A DNA stretch of 60,851 nucleotides. Origin: Candidatus Eiseniibacteriota bacterium. Lineage in GTDB: Bacteria > Joyebacterota > Joyebacteria > Joyebacterales > Joyebacteraceae. The notes below the pieces were generated by a model. That model was given only the letters and a program-made list of their open reading frames with translations, did not search any database and had not been told where the DNA came from. The stretch is taken from assembly GCA_030600655.1 (NCBI GenBank), contig JAUVLP010000003.1, forward strand, positions 1 through 60,851, given 5' to 3'. The position numbers and the translations under genes are program-made. This document shows, one piece after another, positions 29,693 to 38,141 of the stretch (the first letter of the stretch is position 1; the number at the start of each line of letters is the position of its first letter).

Positions 29693-30361
29693 CTACCTGT
29701 ACAGAGCCTTGATGTTCGTCCAGCTCTCAACCTCGACCGGGCTGCTGCCCTCCGGGAAGTGAATCACGGCGTGGTCAGGAGCCGTCACCGTGATGTCGTC
29801 ACACCAGTAGTCGGTGTGGTCGGGATCCATCGTCGAGGGCGTGCTGTAGAGACGTCCCTCGACTACCAGAGCGTTGCCGTTTCCACCTGCGAACGTCCAG
29901 GTGTGGCTGACTAGATCCCAGCCCGTGCCTGCCGTGTACTCGGAGTTGCCCCCGGCCGAGCCGAGATACGTGGCAATGTCGATCGAGTCAGAGTAATGAC
30001 CCCAGATACGCCACGAGGGGCTCGAGCCCGACGTGATGTCGTAGCCGTAGAACATGACGTCGATAACGTCGCCGTCGTTCAGGTTGGTGATCCATGCCAG
30101 GAAAGCCTGCGGCGTGGAGCTGTGCGGATCCTCAGCAACGTGAAGGTAGAAATTGCCGTCGACGGCGCCCGGGCACGTGTAGTCCGGAAGCGTCGAACCC
30201 TGCGAGCCGGTCTGCGCGCCTGAAACGTTCGTCGCGCCAACGAGGTTGCCGTAGGAACCGAGGATCGTGCCGCCGTCTTCCCAGCTGTAGTTCAGCGTCT
30301 GAACGGCAAGTGCCGGCGTCGCGAACAGAACGACGATAGCGAGAATGAGCAGCTTCTTCAT
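29693..30361 (-). CDS. Secreted beta-rich protein with C-terminal PVEVESWTNIKALYR tail
   Basis: Sec signal MKKLLILAIVVLFATPALA; GGAGG RBS; Thr/Ser/Gly/Asp/Trp-rich body. Confidence 0.85.
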   Translation of the reverse strand: MKKLLILAIVVLFATPALAVQTLNYSWEDGGTILGSYGNLVGATNVSGAQTGSQGSTLPDYTCPGAVDGNFYLHVAEDPHSSTPQAFLAWITNLNDGDVIDVMFYGYDITSGSSPSWRIWGHYSDSIDIATYLGSAGGNSEYTAGTGWDLVSHTWTFAGGNGNALVVEGRLYSTPSTMDPDHTDYWCDDITVTAPDHAVIHFPEGSSPVEVESWTNIKALYR

Positions 30362-30602
30362 TGTGCCCTCCATCTGTACGGGGCCGTTTCGCGGCCTCCG
30401 TTGGTGAAAACAACACTTCGTCTCGTGAACGCGCGACCCTTGTCTATCCGACTCGTTGATGCAGCACTCCGAATCACGCGGCAGTACACTCACCACAAGC
30501 GAAAGCGTTCCCGCTCCACCTCCTTGTGCATTTGTCTCACCGGCTCTGGGATCATCCCCGCCGCCGATGTTGTTGTGTCACCCATTGATGACCCACGACA
30601 CT

Positions 30603-30628
30603 ATCACGTCAGAAAATCACGTCAGAAA
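30603..30628. repeat. 13-bp tandem duplication ATCACGTCAGAAA x2
   Basis: Exact direct repeat in the leader of the 29693-30361 gene. Confidence 0.85.
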
Positions 30629-30669
30629 GGTACGTTCTGCCCAACATATCCTTACCCGAACACACACAT

Positions 30670-30698
30670 ATTATATCATGAAGCCTGAATTCAGTCAA
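30670..30698 (-). promoter_or_regulatory. Near-consensus sigma70 promoter
   Basis: TTGACT-17 bp-TATAAT on minus strand. Confidence 0.8.
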
Positions 30699-30817
30699 GA
30701 GTCAGCTGGGCCCGGCTGGTGCGCCACGAGGATTGCACAGGAGTGGCTCCGGGGAGCTCTGAAACGCCCTGGATCGGACATATGTCACATGTATGGGCCC
30801 GAGACCTCGGAAAAACT

Positions 30818-30850
30818 CGAACCCGGAAAGCACGGTGCCTTCCGGGTTCG
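30818..30850 (-). terminator. Rho-independent terminator after NrdD-like gene
   Basis: CGAACCCGGAA/TTCCGGGTTCG stem followed by AGTTTTT on minus strand. Confidence 0.75.
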
Positions 30851-30891
30851 GAATGAACTATATTCACCATATGAATATCGCGGCAGGACTT

Positions 30892-31173
30892 CTACACCAC
30901 GGTCCTGTGCCGGTCCTTGAGCTCCCCCGTCTTGCCCTTGTTCCAGCCGCTTGTGCGCGAGAAGTATCCGGTCACGCGCGTGATGTGGTCGACGTCCCGG
31001 CCCTGTGCACAGGCGCCCGTGATCGTCTCGAGCGTATTGTTCTCAACGGCGTTGAGCGTGCAGTGTGTCAGTGTCTCGAATCTGGTGTTCTTGATGAGAA
31101 CACCCTCGTCATCGAGCTGGTAATCCCAATTCTCACTGCTACCGAGCCAATTGGTCAGTTCCTCCAGCTTCAT
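30892..31173 (-). CDS. Small stand-alone protein with class III RNR (NrdD) C-terminal glycyl-radical motif
   Basis: 93 aa ending HITRVTGYFSRTSGWNKGKTGELKDRHR; GAGAGG RBS before ATG 31173. Confidence 0.85.
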   Translation of the reverse strand: MKLEELTNWLGSSENWDYQLDDEGVLIKNTRFETLTHCTLNAVENNTLETITGACAQGRDVDHITRVTGYFSRTSGWNKGKTGELKDRHRTVV

Positions 31174-31308
31174 CCGAACCTCTCTCTGATTCTGTGCGCA
31201 GCTCCCGCTCTTCCGGTCCGCGCCACGTCTCATCGGCCGCCGCCTGGCTGGTACCTGCGTGACACCACCGGTTCAGCTTGTCTATTTACTGGGCGATTCG
31301 AGTCAGTA

Positions 31309-31536
31309 TCAGTCGCCCTTCTCTGTCGCTACTTGAGTGACTGCCTCGTTCAGATCGTTCATGAGCGCATCCAGATCAATGCCGTGTGCAGCCGCTCCCT
31401 CCGCCACCGACTCAAAGGCTGCGACGTGGCATCCTATGCAATGAAGTCCGTGCTGCAAGAAGACCGGCACCGTCTCCGGGTGCTCCTGCACAACGGTACC
31501 AATCGGCATCTCTTTGGTGATAGCCTGATCTGCCAT
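31309..31536 (-). CDS. DUF1858 (hybrid-cluster-associated redox disulfide domain) protein
   Basis: ITKEM.IG.VV..HPET..VF...GLHCIGC..A.FES...GA.AHGID; AGGAG RBS. Confidence 0.88.
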   Translation of the reverse strand: MADQAITKEMPIGTVVQEHPETVPVFLQHGLHCIGCHVAAFESVAEGAAAHGIDLDALMNDLNEAVTQVATEKGD

Positions 31537-31652
31537 TCGTGTCTCCTGATCTGCGATGCTGGTGTTGCCGGTTCGAACCGGTCTCGTAGGGACTCGAACG
31601 GCAACGCGCATCATATCTGAAGCGGACTGTGCTACGCAACGTGATTCCAAAT

Positions 31653-33329
31653 CTAGCCGACAAATTCTTCGCGCGCAAGCCTTGAAGCCAGTCTTTTTCT
31701 GAGAGCGATCTCGGACAGACAGGCCAGGGTGAGAAGCAGCACCACAGCGCCGGCGCCGGCCAGGCGTGACTCTCTCAGCGTCTCCGTGATGGCCACCAGG
31801 AACACCATGGCAACCCCCAGCAGCATGATAAGTCCCATCTGTCGCGCCTGTCGGGTCTTCTCGATCGATTGCGAAAGAGGCATGAAAGGCGATGCCATCG
31901 ACAGAAGGGCGAAGGCCATTAGTGAGAGAATGAAGGTGATGAAGAGATAGAGCAGGGCGCTTTGAGGCGGCATGACCAAGCCCATGAGTACCAGGAGGAC
32001 GCAGAAGAACGGGATCATGTATCTCCAGATCACAAGTTTTCTGGCTCCGACCAGGAGACCGACTCGGTTCTCCAGCGGCGCGGCGAAGAAGACCCAGCTC
32101 GCCTTCCACTGATCCGACTGTGTTATCGCCGAAGCGAAGAACAGTGTGATGAAGACGCAGTAGAAGCCGAGAAGCTCCATGACCGGAAACGTGCTTTCCA
32201 CAGGCCGGGGCGCGAGCGGGTCGTTCAGGCCACCTGAGACGAGACCGAACAGATAGACGGCCAGCGGCAGTCCGAATGCGGGATAGATTCTCAGACGGAG
32301 CTTTCGGCTTCTCCTCATGTAGATCTGCATCAATTGGAAACCGGCTCTCTCCTCATCGTTTCTGCAGAACATGATGCCGAGCGTCGCGAACCGCGTCCTG
32401 AGTGTCCTGCGATCCTTCCTGATGGTCTCCTCGGTGGACGATTCGGCGAGTTCTGCGATGCTTCTCGAGTATTCGAGAGAGATCATCGTAAGAGCCGCAT
32501 GGATCACCAGTATCGCCGACACAATGGCCATAAGTGCAAGGATGAGATTTCTCGAATCGCCCAATCCAACGGAAAGCTCAACACCTCCCGCATACCATGC
32601 CGGAGGTGCGAACCAGATCCACCGTCCTTTCTCGATCGCAACGGTGACGTTCTCTCTTATGAGCATCCGAGGAAGAAGCACGTATCCGAAAGTCAGTGCA
32701 ACCGTCGCGAGCGAATGCACATAAGTGATGGCCCTGTTGAATCGCTGGTACTCGAAGAGCTTGAGCGCTGTCGAGTAGAGGAGAATGACCAGGGCGGCCG
32801 CCGCGAAACACGCGAGAAGCGCCATGATCATGTACAGGAATCCTACGGCCGCTCCCCCATCGAACCGGAATCCGACAACGATGGCGGCGGGCAGATTGAG
32901 CGCCGTTGCTGTGCAGGCGACGTAGAAGAAGAGATTCGCCACCTTGGCGAAATAGTAGGTTCGCGATGAGATCGGTCTGTGCGCGAGGATGTCGTAGTCG
33001 TTCGGGCTGACCACGACTGAGCTGTATTCCATGATGACCGTGATCGCGGTCATGAACATCGCCGCGCTGAACGTGAGGAGAGTGAAGGTGAATGGATCGC
33101 TGGTTCTCACGAGAGAGAGGGCCAGGATACTTCCGATGATCGCATAGGTGGCGAGCATGGAGATCATGGGTGGAACTTTCAGGCGGTTCCGCTGTCTGGC
33201 GCGGGCCGATCGGAGATCCAGATGGAGTCCGGCAGCGAAGAGTGCTCGGATCTGACCCCAGTCGGCGGCTTCCTCGCTGTTCCGATTCCCGTGACGGAGC
33301 CGATCGTTGCGCGGCCGCCTACTGCTCAT
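31653..33329 (-). CDS. ABC transporter permease (multi-TM)
   Basis: About 12 hydrophobic helices, D..IL..RPI motif; overlaps ATP-binding gene. Confidence 0.8.
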   Translation of the reverse strand: MSSRRPRNDRLRHGNRNSEEAADWGQIRALFAAGLHLDLRSARARQRNRLKVPPMISMLATYAIIGSILALSLVRTSDPFTFTLLTFSAAMFMTAITVIMEYSSVVVSPNDYDILAHRPISSRTYYFAKVANLFFYVACTATALNLPAAIVVGFRFDGGAAVGFLYMIMALLACFAAAALVILLYSTALKLFEYQRFNRAITYVHSLATVALTFGYVLLPRMLIRENVTVAIEKGRWIWFAPPAWYAGGVELSVGLGDSRNLILALMAIVSAILVIHAALTMISLEYSRSIAELAESSTEETIRKDRRTLRTRFATLGIMFCRNDEERAGFQLMQIYMRRSRKLRLRIYPAFGLPLAVYLFGLVSGGLNDPLAPRPVESTFPVMELLGFYCVFITLFFASAITQSDQWKASWVFFAAPLENRVGLLVGARKLVIWRYMIPFFCVLLVLMGLVMPPQSALLYLFITFILSLMAFALLSMASPFMPLSQSIEKTRQARQMGLIMLLGVAMVFLVAITETLRESRLAGAGAVVLLLTLACLSEIALRKRLASRLAREEFVG

Positions 33330-34140
33330 TGCTTGCCCCACGTGCCTTGCCCGTGATGCTGCGGGAGAATGCCCTCACGGTCGTGCTCAGATCCTCCTCG
33401 GATGTCAACTCCGTGAAAGCGTCCTCGAGGGATGTCCTGTGTGTCATCTCCTTCAGTTTCTCGGTGTCGCCGTCGGCGACTACCTCTCCCCTGTTCAGTA
33501 TCACCACCCTGTCGCAGACCTTTTCGACGACTTCAAGTATGTGAGAGCAGTAGAAAACGGTCTTCCCCAGGGATGCCAGCTCCTTCAGAAGCTCCTTCAG
33601 GATCAGAGCCGTGTTGGCGTCGAGGCCGGCCAGAGGCTCGTCAAGGAAGAGTACGTCTGGGTTGTGCAGGAGCGCTGCGGAGATGAGAACCTTCTGTTTC
33701 ATTCCGCGCGAGAATCCCGTCATCATGCGCTCCGATGAGTCGGCGATTCCAAAGAGCCGCAGGAACTCCTCCGCCTTCTCAACCGCCGCGTCACGCTCCA
33801 GATGGTAGAGCTTGCCCACGAGCGATAGGTACTCGATCGGTGTCAAGTTCTCATAGAGAGCGCCCGTCTCTGGCACCACGCCAATCATTAACTTCGCCTG
33901 GAGTGGACTCTCGACAATGTTGATCCCGTTGATGAATGCAGTACCCGATGTCGGCACGATCATGCCGGTAGCCATCTTAACGGTTGTTGTCTTCCCCGCT
34001 CCATTCGGTCCCAGGTAGCCACAGATCTGCCCGCGCGGTATCTTGAGGTCCAGATTCCGGACGGCCTCGATATCGCCGAACGACTTGGCCAAGCTTCTAA
34101 ACTCGATAGCGTTATCCGGTCTGTCCGTTGTGTCCAACAC
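33319..34140 (-). CDS. ABC transporter ATP-binding protein (exporter type)
   Basis: GPNGAGKTT, FSRGMKQK, LDEP, SH. Confidence 0.95.
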   Translation of the reverse strand: MLDTTDRPDNAIEFRSLAKSFGDIEAVRNLDLKIPRGQICGYLGPNGAGKTTTVKMATGMIVPTSGTAFINGINIVESPLQAKLMIGVVPETGALYENLTPIEYLSLVGKLYHLERDAAVEKAEEFLRLFGIADSSERMMTGFSRGMKQKVLISAALLHNPDVLFLDEPLAGLDANTALILKELLKELASLGKTVFYCSHILEVVEKVCDRVVILNRGEVVADGDTEKLKEMTHRTSLEDAFTELTSEEDLSTTVRAFSRSITGKARGASNEQ

Positions 34141-34216
34141 ATCCTCCCTCGCGAGTTCTCAGCGGGCATCTGCTCGAGAAACTATCACATGGGACGCGTG
34201 CTCGGCAAGATCGAAG

Positions 34217-34258
34217 GAAACGATGACGGCGCCTCCTTTGAGACGCCGCCATCGTTTC
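34217..34258 (-). terminator. Long hairpin after lipoprotein gene
   Basis: GAAACGATGGCGGCGTCTC-AAAG-GAGGCGCCGTCATCGTTTC on minus strand (G-U pairs), then CTT. Confidence 0.55.
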
Positions 34259-34352
34259 GATAAGAGGTCGGATGGGACCGGCGGCCACGCGACACGTGGG
34301 TGAATCGGAGGCCCGTGGTGGGCTTGGGCCACCGGTCCCGGAGGCCGGACAT

Positions 34353-35240
34353 CTACTCTTCGTCAATGACCTCATAGGGCATGCCCCAGACGAGTGAATC
34401 GCCGGGGTAGTTGCTGTCATAGATCGAATCGTGAGCGAGAGCCTGTACTGCTGCGCTCTGCGGACCTTGGTAGGTCGCGGTCCATGAACCCTGGAACGTG
34501 CCGTCGCCCTGATATGCAAGCGGTGATCTGTTGCGTTGTGTGTGGAGGAACAGTATCGCGTCCTCCGGCGGACCAGAAACGGTCACCGTTACTTCCTCAC
34601 CTATCGCGAACGACATTATTTCATCCGGTACCGCCATCAGTACGGACGGATCGGTGATGATGGTGTCGACGCTCGCACTCTGGACGTGGATCCACTCGAT
34701 CTCCATTGTGAGAGTGTCGGAGTATGCCACGAAGCCCGAGACGTCGGTCAGCGTCCACGGACCGCGTCTGTGGTAGTAATCTCCTTCGTCGCCGCCGTGG
34801 AACTCCTCCCAGTCATCGTCGTGTTCGAAGATGGCGTAGCGAATGCCCTGGTGGTGCATAGCCTTCTCGTATTCGACCATGTTCTGGTCACAGATGTTGA
34901 GCGTGCCCCAGATCTCCCTGTGTATGGTCACGTCACACGTGTCCTCTTCCGGATCGAAGAAGAACTCGTGGACGACGAGTCTCTCAGTGATCTCACGCCA
35001 GAAGGTCAAGGGATCGATAGGATCTCTTGTGCCTGAGTCTCCTGAAGTCAACGCCTCGTCGTCGTACGGGCCCGTCTCAGCGAAGAAGCCGTGGTCTTCC
35101 GTGAACTCCCGAAGCTCAGCTTCCCCGTCGACTTCGCTCGGAGCACCTGTCAGTGTGGTGTCACCGCAGCCGGACAGCGCAAACACACCGATACTCACGA
35201 GCGCAGCGAATGTCGCTACGGACAGCCATCTCCTTCTCAT
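34353..35240 (-). CDS. Acidic lipoprotein of unknown function
   Basis: MRRRW...LSGC lipobox; AAGGAGG RBS. Confidence 0.8.
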   Translation of the reverse strand: MRRRWLSVATFAALVSIGVFALSGCGDTTLTGAPSEVDGEAELREFTEDHGFFAETGPYDDEALTSGDSGTRDPIDPLTFWREITERLVVHEFFFDPEEDTCDVTIHREIWGTLNICDQNMVEYEKAMHHQGIRYAIFEHDDDWEEFHGGDEGDYYHRRGPWTLTDVSGFVAYSDTLTMEIEWIHVQSASVDTIITDPSVLMAVPDEIMSFAIGEEVTVTVSGPPEDAILFLHTQRNRSPLAYQGDGTFQGSWTATYQGPQSAAVQALAHDSIYDSNYPGDSLVWGMPYEVIDEE

Positions 35241-35404
35241 CAGTGCCTCCTTTATGCATTGAGTGGTGGTTTTCCCCTGCACCGATTGGAGGACATCAAC
35301 GGCGGTTTTGTTCCCGGGTTTTGTCGCCGGAATGGTAATCCGAGGCGTGCTGGACTAAGCGGCGGTCCGCGCATCAGTGAAGATCAAGGGGCATCTCAAG
35401 TCGA

Positions 35405-36427
35405 TCAGGGGGACTCGGTGCTCGCGAGTGCGTCTGGGTGGTGGATCACATGGAACCTTATCCAGGCCGGCGTCGGAGCATCGTCGGCCACGGCCGGTTC
35501 GAAGAGCCACTGCATTGCTGCTACGGTCGTTGATATGTCGGCGCTGCAGTCGGGGCCTGCGCTCTCAATGATGCGAACGTTCTTCACGCGGCCGGTGCGG
35601 TCCACGAGAAGATCCAGCATTGTCGCCTCAGTTGCAGCGAGAGAATCAGCATCGGTCTGACGATCAGGCTCGATCCACCTGAGCAGGACCGGGAGATGGT
35701 CGAATTCCGGCATGCTGTCCGGGGGATCCGGTGACAGCTCGATCGGCCAGGTGTACGGCGCGAATCGAGGGAGCGATGCGAGATCGGGAAAACCGACTAG
35801 AAGGTCTTTCGTTTCGATCACGGGGTCAATAGCGTGCGCCTTTGCCATCTCTGCCTCCGCGTTTCCCCAGGGGACGCGGGAAGCTTCGAACATCCTGGCA
35901 AGACGGTAGTAGACCTTCGCTGCGGTGGGCTCAGCCACACCGACGAGATCTGCGTAGATGCGGTAGAGTCTGTCCGCTTCCCTATCGAGTCCGAGCTGCG
36001 CGCGGCATATGGCAAGCCCATAGATCGCCTCGCGATCGACAGCCGGGCTCACTTCCGACGCTCCGGCATGACCCGATGCAAGTCTCGATGTGAGTTCCTT
36101 TCCTACCGCGTACTCGAAGCCGAGGGCCGCACGTTCGAACTCGCCGCTTCGCAGAAGGGCTGCTGCGAGGGCCGCTCGCGCTTCGGAAAGATCCGGATCG
36201 AGCGCCACCGCGGTCTCGAGGTCGGCCAGTCCCCGCAGCATCTTGTGACCCTCGAAGAGGCGCACTCCACGTACGACAAGTCCTTCCGCAGTCGCACCAC
36301 TGGATGGCTCCGCCGCGCATTGTAGGGGTGCGGCAGTTAGAAGCAGCAGCACAAGGGCAACCCCGGCACAGGATAAGACCGCCTGGGCATGCATCCGTAC
36401 CTTGGGCCCGGAATTCGTCCCTTTCAC
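35405..36427 (-). CDS. TPR protein with C-terminal TonB-C-like domain
   Basis: Signal/TM, TPRs (AVALDP, AHAIDP), C-terminal LLVDRTGRVKNVRIIES...AAMQWLFEPA. Confidence 0.72.
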   Translation of the reverse strand: MKGTNSGPKVRMHAQAVLSCAGVALVLLLLTAAPLQCAAEPSSGATAEGLVVRGVRLFEGHKMLRGLADLETAVALDPDLSEARAALAAALLRSGEFERAALGFEYAVGKELTSRLASGHAGASEVSPAVDREAIYGLAICRAQLGLDREADRLYRIYADLVGVAEPTAAKVYYRLARMFEASRVPWGNAEAEMAKAHAIDPVIETKDLLVGFPDLASLPRFAPYTWPIELSPDPPDSMPEFDHLPVLLRWIEPDRQTDADSLAATEATMLDLLVDRTGRVKNVRIIESAGPDCSADISTTVAAMQWLFEPAVADDAPTPAWIRFHVIHHPDALASTESP

Positions 36428-36556
36428 TCAGCTAACTCCCTCTTGAGGGCGTTCCAGAGGCTCTGCAGCTCCCTCTGGGGCCCGTTTGCGGCCGTGATGC
36501 CTCTCTCCTTACACTGATCGGAGAAAGTTGCAGCACAGCGGCTTCTGACTGTTGTG

Positions 36557-37165
36557 TCAATTGGAAATGACTGACCCTTCATTCAGACTTGCGGCTATGG
36601 CGGCGGACGCTCGTCGAAGGTGCGGCCAGTGAGCGGCAGCCAGGCTTTGGCTCACTGCTTGACGCGATATGTTCAGGTGAGCCGCGACCTGCTGCTGCGT
36701 ATCGGAGTCCTCAACGAGGGCGATGATCTGCCTCTGCCGTTTGGTCATGGAATCGAATGCCAGAAGCACAAGATCGATCAGGGATGCCAGGATGAAGTCG
36801 TTGCCCGCTCGGTGCACCAGAATGCGTGCGTCACGCGGATCAGTTGCTTCCAGTGCGCTCAGTGCGGCTGCGCCACTCATCTCTGGTTCTTGCGCCAAAG
36901 CTATTGCGAATGTCGTCCGCAGAGGACGAGCCAGGTCGGATATGGCGAGGATCACATTGAGAGCTTCGGAGGGCGATGCCAAGGACAGAAGCAGAGCCCC
37001 GTCTGGAGTCGGCTCCGATGGCCCTGCCAGTGCCTGAGGATGCGATCCTGTGAGAGCCGCCGCCGCATCTCTGAGCTGTTCGACGGCAGTTATGTCGCTG
37101 CGCTCGCGGCCCTCAGTGCCCCAGGCGCGCACCGCGAGCACGGCCACCGGTTTCCCTCTTGCCAT
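36557..37165 (-). CDS. SatD-like protein with C-terminal HTH
   Basis: MTKRQRQII...TQQQVAAHLNISRQAVSQSLAAAHW. Confidence 0.6.
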   Translation of the reverse strand: MARGKPVAVLAVRAWGTEGRERSDITAVEQLRDAAAALTGSHPQALAGPSEPTPDGALLLSLASPSEALNVILAISDLARPLRTTFAIALAQEPEMSGAAALSALEATDPRDARILVHRAGNDFILASLIDLVLLAFDSMTKRQRQIIALVEDSDTQQQVAAHLNISRQAVSQSLAAAHWPHLRRASAAIAASLNEGSVISN

Positions 37166-37213
37166 TCGCTGAGTAGCTCCGGTTATCGGGTGGCAGCCGT
37201 GACCCGGACAGCG

Positions 37214-37981
37214 CTAGCGGCTGAACTCGATCGCGGCGTACACATTGTGATCGCTCACACTCTCGAAATTCTCTGCCTCGATGTGGTACCAATGCACTCG
37301 GACATCGGAGTCGAGGCGCTCGGCCACACCGCGGACAAGATCCTCTACGAAGACGGGGTTGTCCAAGGCGGTGTCGATGACGACACGTTCGTCATCGCCC
37401 GTCAGCAGAGGATAGACTGGAGCGCTGGCAGACGACTCGGCGATCTCGATGAGCTCCTCGATATCGACGTGACCGTCGAAGCGTACGGAGATTGTCACAT
37501 ATCCGCGCTGGCTGTGCCCTGGTCCACCGGTTGCCTCCTGTGAACACGGGCAGACCGTCATGACCGGCACTTCAACCGTGAGAACGAAATCGAATTCTCC
37601 ATCGAGTGATGCGGAGATCATCGCCGGGCAGGCCATGAGGCTCTTCGCACCGGAGGCCGGCGCCGTCTTCTCAACGAAAAAGGTGAAGTCGATATCAACA
37701 AAGGCGCTCTCGGATCCAAGTTCGCTTCTGACCGTGTCCAGAAGGCGCTTCACGCCGGAGGGCGTCAGCGGATCGGCGAAATCCGCGAGAATACGAGCAA
37801 ATCGGCTCATGTGAACGCCACGGGCAACTGGCCCCAGGGCAACAAAGAGATCGAAGCTTCCCTCGACCGGCTGCGTTCCGCCGCCCGCCACTGGCGCGTG
37901 CGCAGGCCGTTTGAGTCCGGTAACGCCGACTCTATCGAGTGCTATATCTCGCCCATCACGTCTGTCCTGGATGCTTTTCAT
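37214..37981 (-). CDS. folE2: GTP cyclohydrolase IB
   Basis: RVGV, GVHMSRF, VMTVCPCS, HSQRG, NPVFVED.VR, NFES...HN. Confidence 0.93.
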   Translation of the reverse strand: MKSIQDRRDGRDIALDRVGVTGLKRPAHAPVAGGGTQPVEGSFDLFVALGPVARGVHMSRFARILADFADPLTPSGVKRLLDTVRSELGSESAFVDIDFTFFVEKTAPASGAKSLMACPAMISASLDGEFDFVLTVEVPVMTVCPCSQEATGGPGHSQRGYVTISVRFDGHVDIEELIEIAESSASAPVYPLLTGDDERVVIDTALDNPVFVEDLVRGVAERLDSDVRVHWYHIEAENFESVSDHNVYAAIEFSR

Positions 37982-37988
37982 GGAAGGT

Positions 37989-38017
37989 AGAATAGTCGGA
38001 ATTCACCGGTTCGTCAA
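37989..38017 (-). promoter_or_regulatory. sigma70 promoter abutting folE2 start
   Basis: TTGACG-17 bp-TATTCT, 7 nt before ATG; no SD. Confidence 0.65.
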
Positions 38018-38110
38018 GCGCAAAGGGTTGCGTACAGCCACATGAGATCGCGCGCGACTGCGTGGAGCCGCACGCGATCTTACGAACTCGCACGCAATTG
38101 CGATGCGGGC

Positions 38111-38136
38111 TCCGCAGAGTGAGTCCGCAGAGTGAG
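38111..38136. repeat. 13-bp tandem duplication TCCGCAGAGTGAG x2
   Basis: Exact direct repeat just past the purA stop. Confidence 0.8.
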
Positions 38137-38141
38137 AGTGT

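Noticed and set aside
30362-30660. Known riboswitch (c-di-GMP, cobalamin, TPP, SAM) in the long leader
   Set aside because: No diagnostic conserved cores recognised by eye; needs an Rfam scan
30720-30738. Possible sigma54 promoter (…CCACGAGGATTGCA)
   Set aside because: Lacks the invariant GG at -24
31560-31610. GTTCGAGTCCC T-loop-like motif suggesting a tRNA
   Set aside because: No acceptor, D or anticodon arms can be built around it
30793-31620. 275-aa + strand ORF
   Set aside because: Antisense to two well-supported small genes and a terminator
31537-32109. 266-aa version of the DUF1858 ORF
   Set aside because: Upstream part overlaps the ABC permease in another frame; SD supports a start at 31536
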